DNA from: Pyrinomonadaceae bacterium
Lineage (GTDB): Bacteria > Acidobacteriota > Blastocatellia > Pyrinomonadales > Pyrinomonadaceae
Direction: 5' to 3'
DNA: 32,000 nucleotides
Assembly (NCBI GenBank): GCA_019694395.1
Contig: JAIBCC010000002.1
Coordinates: forward strand, 30,330-62,329
A program made the position numbers and the translations under genes. The notes under the pieces are model-generated. The model saw nothing but the letters and a program-made list of their open reading frames with translations. It was not told where the DNA came from and did no database searches. Positions 24,477-32,000 of the stretch are shown here, piece after piece (positions within the stretch are counted from its first letter, which is position 1; every line of letters starts with the position of its first letter).

Positions 24477-24584
24477 TGCTTATTATTTGGCAAAGAATAG
24501 AATAACTTGCTCAATTAAATTTTCCAAACTCCCACGATTAACTAAAACTACTTTTTTTTAAAAGAAAAACTTATTTTGTGACAG

Positions 24585-24613
24585 ATGACACAGAAGTTTT
24601 GCTAAGATATGAT
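24585..24613 (+). promoter_or_regulatory. candidate sigma70-type promoter for resB-ccsA-TPR (ATGACA, 17-nt spacer, TATGAT)
   Basis: The -35-like element is at 24585-24590 and the -10-like element at 24608-24613. The start codon is at 24637. Confidence 0.35.
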
Positions 24614-24636
24614 GTATTCATTGAGTTTTTTTTTAA

Positions 24637-26142
24637 ATGAAAGAGACAACACAGGTCAAAGAGGCTCCGGTTAAGCCCAAACCCCATTCAAAACCGATTG
24701 TAAACCGAATTCTGGATTTTCTCAGTTCGGTTCGTTTCGGCGTTGTTTTACTTATTGTTTTGGTCATTCTTTCAATGATCGGAATGCTGGTCGTGCAGCA
24801 AAATGTCAATGGATTTGATGCCTTTTTTACTTCATTAACCCCGGCTGAAAAATTAGTTTTCGGAACTTTAGGCTTCTTTGATATTTACCACAGCTGGTAT
24901 TTCAATCTAATTTTATTGGTTCTTTCTCTTAATATTGTCTTAGCCTCAATTGACCGATTTCCAACTGCCTGGAAATTTATCGCCGACCCTAAAACAGAAG
25001 TCACAAAGGCTTGGCTTTTACATCAAAAACAAAACGCCGTTGTAACAATTTCCGACTCAAACATTACCGAACAAGTGGTTGGGATTTTCAAAAAATACGG
25101 TTATGGAACAAAAGTTACCGAAAAAAACGGACGAATTCATATTTTTGGTGAAAGCGGAAGATTTAATCGGTTAGGTGCTTACATCGTCCACGTTGCCCTT
25201 TTAATGCTTTTCCTGGGTCATTTTGTTGCGCTTCAAACAGGTTTTGATGCCGATGTTCAGCTTAAACCTACCCAAACAACGAATGCCATTGAGCTAATCC
25301 AATTCAATTTGGATAAACAGGAGCGTTTTGCAGCTCAACTTCCCTTTACAATTACTTGCACTGATATTCAGCAAACTTTAATTGATCCAAAAGGTGCAAT
25401 TGACATCAGCAATACGATGGATTGGCGCACACAGATCAAAATTGATGATCCGCAATATGGAACGACCATTGCCGATGTTAGCTTGAATAGACCATTTACT
25501 TACAGAGGCTACAGATTTTTTCAGGCATCTGCCATTACACTAGGAATGGCTAGAAGTATGACGATTGAGATGACTCCTGCCAATGGCGGCGAAACAATAA
25601 AAGTAAATTTGGCACGGGACGGCGAAGCATCTTTACCAGATGGAACTAAAATTGTTTACGATAATTTTTGGTCGGATTTTGTAGCCGGACAACCGGAATC
25701 AAGCAGTAATGAATACAAAAATCCGGCTGTAAAATTAAAAGTTACCCCGCCCAACGGACAAACAGTTGATGCCTACGCTTTCTTTGCCAAATTGCCAGAT
25801 AATGCACCGATTGCCCAACCTAAAGCAGGTTATAAATTCCATCTGGCAGAATTTGAAAAATCACCCTCTGCACACGTTTTATCAATCAAATACGATCCGT
25901 TCAGCGGACATTTTATCGCCTGGTATTTAGGCGGATTCGGACTTATTTTTGCATTGATTTTTGTTTTCTTTATTTCACATCAGCGAGTTTGGGCTTTAGT
26001 TGATGGAGAAAGTGTTACATTGGGCGGAAATGCCAACCGCAATCATTTAGCCTTTAACGATAAATTTAACAAAATCGTAAATGATTTAAGTGGAGATAGT
26101 TATGTCGCAAGTATTAACAGCCAATCAAATTCGGGAAATTAA
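24637..26142 (+). CDS. resB: cytochrome c biogenesis protein ResB/Ccs1 (system II)
   Basis: N-terminal SSVRFGVVLLIVLVILSMIG TM helix and conserved layout: large soluble domain and a C-terminal TM helix. Followed by ccsA. Confidence 0.85.
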   Translation: MKETTQVKEAPVKPKPHSKPIVNRILDFLSSVRFGVVLLIVLVILSMIGMLVVQQNVNGFDAFFTSLTPAEKLVFGTLGFFDIYHSWYFNLILLVLSLNIVLASIDRFPTAWKFIADPKTEVTKAWLLHQKQNAVVTISDSNITEQVVGIFKKYGYGTKVTEKNGRIHIFGESGRFNRLGAYIVHVALLMLFLGHFVALQTGFDADVQLKPTQTTNAIELIQFNLDKQERFAAQLPFTITCTDIQQTLIDPKGAIDISNTMDWRTQIKIDDPQYGTTIADVSLNRPFTYRGYRFFQASAITLGMARSMTIEMTPANGGETIKVNLARDGEASLPDGTKIVYDNFWSDFVAGQPESSSNEYKNPAVKLKVTPPNGQTVDAYAFFAKLPDNAPIAQPKAGYKFHLAEFEKSPSAHVLSIKYDPFSGHFIAWYLGGFGLIFALIFVFFISHQRVWALVDGESVTLGGNANRNHLAFNDKFNKIVNDLSGDSYVASINSQSNSGN

Positions 26143-27712
26143 AACAAATTCAAGGTGGACGGCATTTTTGCCTGCCATTGCCGCTGTCGTTGGTGCCCTG
26201 ATAATGATGTGGGGAAAACACCAAATGGGTGCAAACTACATTTCTGATGGTGCTTTGATGATGTTGGCTCTGGCTTGTTATTTACTCGCCGCCTTGTTCC
26301 AACTGACCAATCTTTATGCACCATCCGAAATGGCGCAAAAGATAGGTTATTGGGGAGCAACACTTGGAGTTTTCTTCAATTTATCAAGTTGGTTTGTGCG
26401 TTGGGTGGCTGCCTATGATCTGGAAATTGCCAAATTGCACGAAAGCGGAAATATGATAACACCCTGGTTTTTCCGCTATGTTCCCTTTGCCAATTTATAT
26501 GATTTAAGTCTTGCTTTCGCCTTTGGCGCGGGGTTTGCCACGATTTTGATCGGTAATCGAAAAGAGTTTCAGATTTTAAGTGCATTTTCACTTCCTTTAG
26601 CCTCATTAATTTTAGTTCTTGCCAGATTTATTGGTGGAGAATTTATTGATTTGCCGCCGGTTTTGGATTCTTATTGGCGACCGATACACGTCGGTGTGGC
26701 TTCGCTGAGTTATGGTGTAACTTTAGTTTGTTTTGCGATTGCGGTAATTTATTTGCTCAAAGATAAGGTCAAAGTAGAATCAATGGCAATTTGGGCTTCA
26801 ATTTTTGCAATTGCCGTTTTTGCTACTATCAGCAAGTTTTCGGTTTTTACCGAGGGTGTTTACCGATCAGGATTGTTTTATCCAAGCACTCCCAAACCCG
26901 TTAATGCTTTTTTCAGAATTGATCTGCCCTATGTAGGTTTGTTTTTAGTCATCGCCGGTATCTTAAGTTTAGGAACAGTTGTCAGTTTTTTAATGTATCT
27001 TTATCAAAATAATGAAGCAGCACGCAAAATCGGACATATTGCCTTAAAACTTTCATTGATTGCGCAAATTTTGGCTGTTGTGTTCTGGGTTTCAGGAGTA
27101 AAAGCAAATACTTCCAATATTGATGTTAAATTAAATCAACAACTTGCAGCGAACCCAAGCCAGTTTATTACGGTAGGAAAAGAAATCGCCTCTAAACAAG
27201 GAATGTCGGCGCAGGAGCTTTCGCAAATTACAACTTCTCAATTTGAACAAGCAGGAAGACAATTTTTACAGGAACGCGGCTCGAAAATGTATTTGAGTTT
27301 CGGCACTAATCCGGTTGAATTTTCGGGAGTTTTGTCCGCCCTTGCCGGAATTTTCTTTGTTATTTTATTTAGTTTCAGGACTGATTATTTAAGAGAAAAA
27401 CTGCCAAGTTTAGAACGTTTGGACAGTTTGATGTATAAAACTGCCAGTTTAGCTTTTGCGGGGTTGGCAATGCTTTTGATTACCGGAGCGATCTGGGCAA
27501 ACGAATCCTGGGGAAGACCCTGGGGATTTGATTCAAAGGAAACCGGAGCTTTGATTGCCTGGCTTACTTACGCAGCATTCCTACATACACGAATTTCTCG
27601 CGGTTGGACGGGACGTAGTTCGGCTTATTTTGCAATTATTGGATTTTTATTAGTAATTTTCACCTATTTAGGAGTCAGTTACCTGCTTCCGGGATTGCAT
27701 AGCTACGCATAA
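26102..27712 (+). CDS. ccsA: cytochrome c biogenesis heme-handling protein CcsA/ResC (system II), long form
   Basis: Trp-rich WWD-type motif (WANESWGRPWGFDSKETGALIAWL) with flanking conserved His residues (RPIHVG, FLHTRI). I prefer ATG 26102, with GGAG 6 nt upstream. It overlaps the resB end by 41 nt. Confidence 0.85.
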   Translation: MSQVLTANQIREIKTNSRWTAFLPAIAAVVGALIMMWGKHQMGANYISDGALMMLALACYLLAALFQLTNLYAPSEMAQKIGYWGATLGVFFNLSSWFVRWVAAYDLEIAKLHESGNMITPWFFRYVPFANLYDLSLAFAFGAGFATILIGNRKEFQILSAFSLPLASLILVLARFIGGEFIDLPPVLDSYWRPIHVGVASLSYGVTLVCFAIAVIYLLKDKVKVESMAIWASIFAIAVFATISKFSVFTEGVYRSGLFYPSTPKPVNAFFRIDLPYVGLFLVIAGILSLGTVVSFLMYLYQNNEAARKIGHIALKLSLIAQILAVVFWVSGVKANTSNIDVKLNQQLAANPSQFITVGKEIASKQGMSAQELSQITTSQFEQAGRQFLQERGSKMYLSFGTNPVEFSGVLSALAGIFFVILFSFRTDYLREKLPSLERLDSLMYKTASLAFAGLAMLLITGAIWANESWGRPWGFDSKETGALIAWLTYAAFLHTRISRGWTGRSSAYFAIIGFLLVIFTYLGVSYLLPGLHSYA

Positions 27713-27721
27713 AAAAAGACT

Positions 27722-28396
27722 ATGAATAAAGAAAACATTTTATTTGGAATTATTGGTTTGTTAGCAGGTTTAATCATTGGTTTTATTGCTACTAACAGTA
27801 TCAATCGCGGAACCGTCAATAGTCCGGTAATTCAACCAAACATGGGACAACAAAATCAGCCCGGCGCCATGCCTAATCAATCAGGACAAACTGCCGCAAT
27901 GCCTGCTGTTGCCGAGGCAATCGATAAGGCTGATAAAAACCCGAACGATGTTGATTCACAAATGAAAGCCGGAGAAATGTTTGCCCGAATCAATAATTTT
28001 GAAAAAGCAATTCCCTATTTTGAAAAAGCTGCTCAACTCAAACCAAATGATTTTCAAATTTTAGTTATTTTGGGTAATACAAATTTTGATGCCCGAAAAT
28101 GGGAAGAAGCGCAAAAATGGTATGAAAAAGCCCTAGCCATTAAAAAGGATGATATCTCAGTGCGAACGGATTTAGGAATTACTTTTGTCGAACGCGACAA
28201 ACCAGATTATGACCGAGCAATCAAAGAGTTTCAAACTTCATTAACTATTGATCCGAAACATGAGCCAACACTTTATAATTTAGCGTTGGCGCAATTTAAG
28301 AAAGGCGATGTTCAGGCAGCTCAGGCAACTAAAGCAAAACTAACTTCCAACCCAGAGTTAGCGAAAAAACTGGAAGCTGCTCTTTCTTCAAACTAA
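27722..28396 (+). CDS. membrane-anchored TPR-repeat protein
   Basis: N-terminal TM helix (ILFGIIGLLAGLIIGFIA), a Q/P-rich linker, then about 4 TPR units (AIPYFEKAAQLKPND..., AQKWYEKALAIKKDD..., AIKEFQTSLTIDPKH...). Starts 9 nt after ccsA. Confidence 0.75.
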   Translation: MNKENILFGIIGLLAGLIIGFIATNSINRGTVNSPVIQPNMGQQNQPGAMPNQSGQTAAMPAVAEAIDKADKNPNDVDSQMKAGEMFARINNFEKAIPYFEKAAQLKPNDFQILVILGNTNFDARKWEEAQKWYEKALAIKKDDISVRTDLGITFVERDKPDYDRAIKEFQTSLTIDPKHEPTLYNLALAQFKKGDVQAAQATKAKLTSNPELAKKLEAALSSN

Positions 28397-28788
28397 TCCT
28401 TTTTCGGGTTGATCAAGGCTAATCTTTTAACTACGTTACCCTTTTCAAGATGTTCTTCGATAATTTCGGGAACATCTTTTTCTTTGACCTGGGCATACCA
28501 AACCCCTTCCGGATAAACCAAAACAGCTGCACCGATTGAACAAAATCCGACCGAACTACAATCCGTCAAAATTACTGAACCGTTTGGATTTCTGCCTTTT
28601 GATTCTTTGCCGTAACGAAGTCCTTTTGCCTCCAATTGTTCCTCAAATGCCTTTTTAACCTCTGCACTTCCTACTGCCGAACATGATTTTCCACTGCAAA
28701 CAAATACGTGGTGTTTCATTGGGGCTTTTGTAACAGGTGCGAGTTTTACAAGTTGTTCACGGTCTTCGATAAATTTTGGTTCACTCAT
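28393..28788 (-). CDS. thioredoxin-like [2Fe-2S] ferredoxin
   Basis: Cys pattern HVFVCSGKSCS...LTDCSSVGFCSIGAAVLVYPEGVWY is typical of 2Fe-2S thioredoxin-like ferredoxins. Its stop overlaps the stop of the convergent TPR gene. Confidence 0.7.
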   Translation of the reverse strand: MSEPKFIEDREQLVKLAPVTKAPMKHHVFVCSGKSCSAVGSAEVKKAFEEQLEAKGLRYGKESKGRNPNGSVILTDCSSVGFCSIGAAVLVYPEGVWYAQVKEKDVPEIIEEHLEKGNVVKRLALINPKKD

Positions 28789-28901
28789 TATGTATAAAAA
28801 AATTCATTTTATAAAACGAAACAAATTTGTGCAAAACTTTTTGCCTCATAAATTTCAAAGAGATTCATAAATGTTGTATAGTTAAGATTTGGAATTAACG
28901 A

Positions 28902-30551
28902 ATGGCTAGCGGCATTATCATTCACATTGAAGTCGGAAAGGAAAAACGCACTGAACTTTTTTCAGAAGAAAGACTTCGCATTGGCTCTGATGAATCCTGT
29001 GACCTTCAAATTCGTTCAAATAAAATTGAAGCGACCGGAGTTTGGCTTGAAATTGTTCGAGAAAATGCTGAATATCGAATCATTGAGATAAATAAGGATT
29101 TAGAATTTATCTTTAATGAAAAACCCTTGCGCCGTTTTAAGGCAATTGCTGACGGGGATGTAATTACCCTGCCAAACTATGCAATAACCTTTTCGTTTTT
29201 CGCCCTAGCGCCACAATCCTCTTTAATTACAACGAATAGGGAACAACGATACGTTGCTCAGTTTATATCGGAAGCAGCCATCGAAGCCGGCACTTCGGGA
29301 AAACCGGACGAAGCAAAAGCATTTCTTAGGGAATTTGTTCGTGAGCTCTCACGGGAGATCAGTTGGACGACCAAACTAATTATGCTGACCTTAACCGTTG
29401 GTTTTCTAAGCGGCTTGTTCTATTTAGGTTACGGATTTTATAAGGAATTAAAGCAAAGCCGCGAACAAGTTCAGCAGCAAAATGAGGAGATCAAAAATTT
29501 AAAGGATCAGATCACCCAAACGAACGAAAAAATCGGGAATTTGGATAAAACCAACAAAGATATAATTAAAACCGTGTCACTTGCACCAAATTTACGCGTG
29601 CAATACGGTAACGGAGTTTGTTTGATTGTCGGAAGTTACGATTTGGTTGATAAACGTAATGGCAAAACTTTGCGTTATCCGGAGCCGGTTGTTTCAAATG
29701 ACCCATACGAGCCTGCCCCGACTATTAACGAAGAAGGTTTTACTCAACCGCCGCCAGCTACGGGATTGACTACAGAAGGCAATGGGACTCCAGTTGAATA
29801 TGATTTTGTCGGGACCGGTTTTCACGTCGGGAATGGATTTGTGCTGACTAATCGTCATGTTCTGCAGCCCTGGAGTGAGGACGATATGGTCAAACAGTTG
29901 ATAAAACAATCCAATGGGCGAGCCCGAATCAAAAAGTTGGTGGTTTATTTTCCGAATTTTCCTCAATCTTTTCCAATAAAAGTTCAGCAAACTGATACAC
30001 GTGAAGATTTAGGAATTGCCACGATTGATCCGACTTTGGTTTCACCAGATATACCCGTTTTACCGCTTGATACCAGCACTGATTCGGTTGCAATTGGAAA
30101 AACCGTAGTCACAATGGGTTATCCAAACGGACCGGACAGAATTTTGGCAATGCTGGATGATGCTGAAATAAAATCAATTAGCACTCGTTTCGGCAATTCC
30201 AAACAATCTTTAATTGCTTATTTAGCCCAGGCGAAAAAAATCACTCCTCTGACTACTCCGGGTGCAATTACCGATTTAGATTCACGCCGCATTGTTCATG
30301 ATGCCAAAACTGCCGAAGGTGGTTCCGGAGCACCATTGTTTGGTCAATCCGGAAAGGTAATCGGAGTTAATTTTGGCGTATTTACTGAAAATACCGCAGC
30401 AAATATGGCAATTCCAATCAAATTCGCAATTGATTTATTGAAACGCTCGGGGTGGAAATCACCTGAAGAATCCGAGTTGGAAAAAAATGCCCAAACTCAA
30501 ACTGCCAGTGTTGAAACTAATCAACCTCAGGCAGATAATAAACCGCAATAG
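28902..30551 (+). CDS. FHA domain, TM helix, coiled coil and trypsin-like serine protease fusion protein
   Basis: N-terminal FHA pattern (LRIGSDESCDLQI...ITLPNYAITF). TM helix LIMLTLTVGFLSGLFYLGYGF. Coiled coil QSREQVQQQNEEIKNLKDQITQTNEKIGNL. S1 catalytic triad context: GTGFHVGNGFVLTNRHV, REDLGIATI, GGSGAPLF. Confidence 0.8.
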   Translation: MASGIIIHIEVGKEKRTELFSEERLRIGSDESCDLQIRSNKIEATGVWLEIVRENAEYRIIEINKDLEFIFNEKPLRRFKAIADGDVITLPNYAITFSFFALAPQSSLITTNREQRYVAQFISEAAIEAGTSGKPDEAKAFLREFVRELSREISWTTKLIMLTLTVGFLSGLFYLGYGFYKELKQSREQVQQQNEEIKNLKDQITQTNEKIGNLDKTNKDIIKTVSLAPNLRVQYGNGVCLIVGSYDLVDKRNGKTLRYPEPVVSNDPYEPAPTINEEGFTQPPPATGLTTEGNGTPVEYDFVGTGFHVGNGFVLTNRHVLQPWSEDDMVKQLIKQSNGRARIKKLVVYFPNFPQSFPIKVQQTDTREDLGIATIDPTLVSPDIPVLPLDTSTDSVAIGKTVVTMGYPNGPDRILAMLDDAEIKSISTRFGNSKQSLIAYLAQAKKITPLTTPGAITDLDSRRIVHDAKTAEGGSGAPLFGQSGKVIGVNFGVFTENTAANMAIPIKFAIDLLKRSGWKSPEESELEKNAQTQTASVETNQPQADNKPQ

Positions 30552-30554
30552 AAG

Positions 30555-31703
30555 ATGGATAGTCTAGTTTTTTCAAATATGTTGCACCGTCCGGCACGAA
30601 CAATTGTGAGCGTGTTGGGAATTGCACTGGGTGTATTGTTAATTGTTTTTACGGTTGGACTTGCCAGCGGAAGTCTGCGTGATAAAGGCAAACGTGAAGC
30701 AAATGTGGGTGCGGAAATCTTTTTTCGCCCGTCCGGTTCCATCGGTCAAAGCGGTTCTGATTCCTTTCGTTTATCAGGAACAACTGTGGATGAATTGAAA
30801 AAAATTGAGGGAGTCAGAATGGCAGTTCCGGTGGGGCAAACATCGGTTAATTCTGATACCGGAATCGGCAGCCGCTTAATTGACGGCATAAATTTTGATG
30901 AATATTCACAAATTTCGGGACTAGAAATAGTTGAGGGTCGTGCATTCCAGCCTGGAACCGATGAGGCAATTATTGACCGTGCTTATCAAAGAGAAAAATC
31001 TCTGAAAATCGGGGACAAGACCCAGCTTTGGGATAGAGATTTTACTGTTGTTGGAGTTTATGAACCGGCTGGCGGCGCACGAATCAAAATTCCACTTTTG
31101 ACAATGCAAAAAGCCGTAATTGGAGAAGATAGTGCTCCATCCAGTTTAAATCGGGTTTCAACGATCCTAGTTCAAATCCAAAAAGAAGATGGAATGACTG
31201 AAGATCAAATTAAGGAAAGAACTGAAAAAGTCGCCGCCAATATTGCTAAGGTATTTCCTGACAATCAATTGATCCGCGCGGCAGATATGGAAGAATTATA
31301 TTTGAATTCGTTCCCTGCCTTTGAAATTTTTCGCAAAGTTATCATCGGAGTTGCATCCGTTATCAGCGCACTAGTTATTTTATTGACAATGTATACAACA
31401 GTTACCGAACGCACAAGACAGATCGGAATTTTGAAATCTTTAGGAATGTCAAACGGAAAAATCGCCTGGACAATTACACAGGAGGCAATTTTAATCAGTG
31501 CTTTGGGGATTGCCACAGGATTAATTTTAACAGTAGTTGCCAAACTTTTGCTGATGAGATTTTCTTCCTCGCAAGTCGAACTGAATGAATGGGTTATTGC
31601 CATCACAACAATTGTCGGTATTGTGGGCGGGGCGTTGGGCGCACTTTATCCCGCTTATCGGGCGGCAAGACTTGACGCAGTTGAAGCCTTAAGTTATGAA
31701 TAA
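30555..31703 (+). CDS. FtsX/MacB-type ABC transporter permease (no ATPase gene adjacent)
   Basis: N-terminal RPARTIVSVLGIALGVLLIV TM helix, a periplasmic domain, then three C-terminal TM helices with the RTRQIGILKSLGMS and YPAYRAARLDAVEAL motifs. Starts 3 nt after the protease stop. Confidence 0.85.
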   Translation: MDSLVFSNMLHRPARTIVSVLGIALGVLLIVFTVGLASGSLRDKGKREANVGAEIFFRPSGSIGQSGSDSFRLSGTTVDELKKIEGVRMAVPVGQTSVNSDTGIGSRLIDGINFDEYSQISGLEIVEGRAFQPGTDEAIIDRAYQREKSLKIGDKTQLWDRDFTVVGVYEPAGGARIKIPLLTMQKAVIGEDSAPSSLNRVSTILVQIQKEDGMTEDQIKERTEKVAANIAKVFPDNQLIRAADMEELYLNSFPAFEIFRKVIIGVASVISALVILLTMYTTVTERTRQIGILKSLGMSNGKIAWTITQEAILISALGIATGLILTVVAKLLLMRFSSSQVELNEWVIAITTIVGIVGGALGALYPAYRAARLDAVEALSYE

Positions 31704-31709
31704 GTCCAG

Positions 31710-32000
31710 ATGACAGAAAAGATTAGAGCTAAAAGAAATCGCACTTTAACCATTTCGGAAGAAGAGCGATTCTTTTTTGCCCAAAAATTATTTAAGCCTT
31801 CGCCAAATCAACGACTGCACCAAACTGACTTTCTCAATCAAACAGTATGCGCTAATCTCTTTGAAGTTATTGATTATCTGCCAAAACAATTTGCGGATTT
31901 AATTTTAATTGATCCTCCATATAATCTTTCTAAAAACTTTAACGGATTTAAGTTCAAATCGTCTGACAATGAATCATATTTGGAATATTTGCGCTCTTGG
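31710..32000 (+). CDS. DNA methyltransferase (N4/N6 MTase family, beta-class order), N-terminal 97 codons; continues past the right edge
   Basis: Not in the ORF track because it is truncated. ATG 31710 opens MTEKIRAKRNRTLTISEEERFF...FADLILIDPPYNLSKNFNG...SYLEYLRSW. DPPYN is catalytic motif IV near the N-terminus. It begins 6 nt after the FtsX stop. Confidence 0.75.
   Translation, partial: MTEKIRAKRNRTLTISEEERFFFAQKLFKPSPNQRLHQTDFLNQTVCANLFEVIDYLPKQFADLILIDPPYNLSKNFNGFKFKSSDNESYLEYLRSW

Noticed and set aside
24577-24592. CRP-like site TGTGA-cagatg-ACACA in the ctaB/resB divergent region
   Set aside because: It matches the consensus at 9 of 10 positions. However, it can equally be read as a TGACA direct repeat, and it overlaps the -35 element of the predicted resB promoter. 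Its centre is not at a canonical -41.5 or -61.5 position. The evidence is too weak to call.

Overview
The window is a low-GC bacterial chromosomal segment of about 30 tightly packed genes. I found no rRNA, tRNA, CRISPR array, transposase or integrase. The gene content suggests an Acidobacteriota-like organism, which is an inference from three items: a CarboxypepD_reg-type TonB receptor, an orphan FtsX permease and an FHA-domain protein. Housekeeping blocks: metH (3512-7054), two secreted M1 metallopeptidases, a heme-copper oxidase accessory operon (ctaB, cox subunit III-like, DUF420/CtaM-like; 24476-22383, minus strand), and a divergent system II cytochrome c biogenesis operon (resB, ccsA, TPR protein). 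Accessory-looking blocks: a low-GC insert directly after metH (7055-9124), a seven-gene operon of small detox or stress proteins (11898-14882), a secreted PLA2-like protein, a GGDEF cyclase, and an FHA-protease / FtsX / DNA methyltransferase operon at the right edge. Two CDSs run off the window edges and are missing from the ORF track: 1-873 (minus) and 31710-32000 (plus). Three signals are not explained by ordinary gene calls. (1) A GxxExxY (PD-(D/E)XK-like) gene is exactly bracketed by three copies of a 33-bp module made of AATTCGTG octamers at 10-bp phase, with a related in-frame CACAGAG x3 repeat in the metH linker. (2) A GC-rich, heavily self-complementary non-coding region of about 230-270 nt (22071-22341, probably minus strand) has its own extended -10 promoter and a bidirectional terminator, and is a candidate structured RNA of unknown class. 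(3) A secreted DUF218/YdcF-family gene is split by a 1-nt frameshift. All functional calls rest on motif recognition by eye; no database search was possible.
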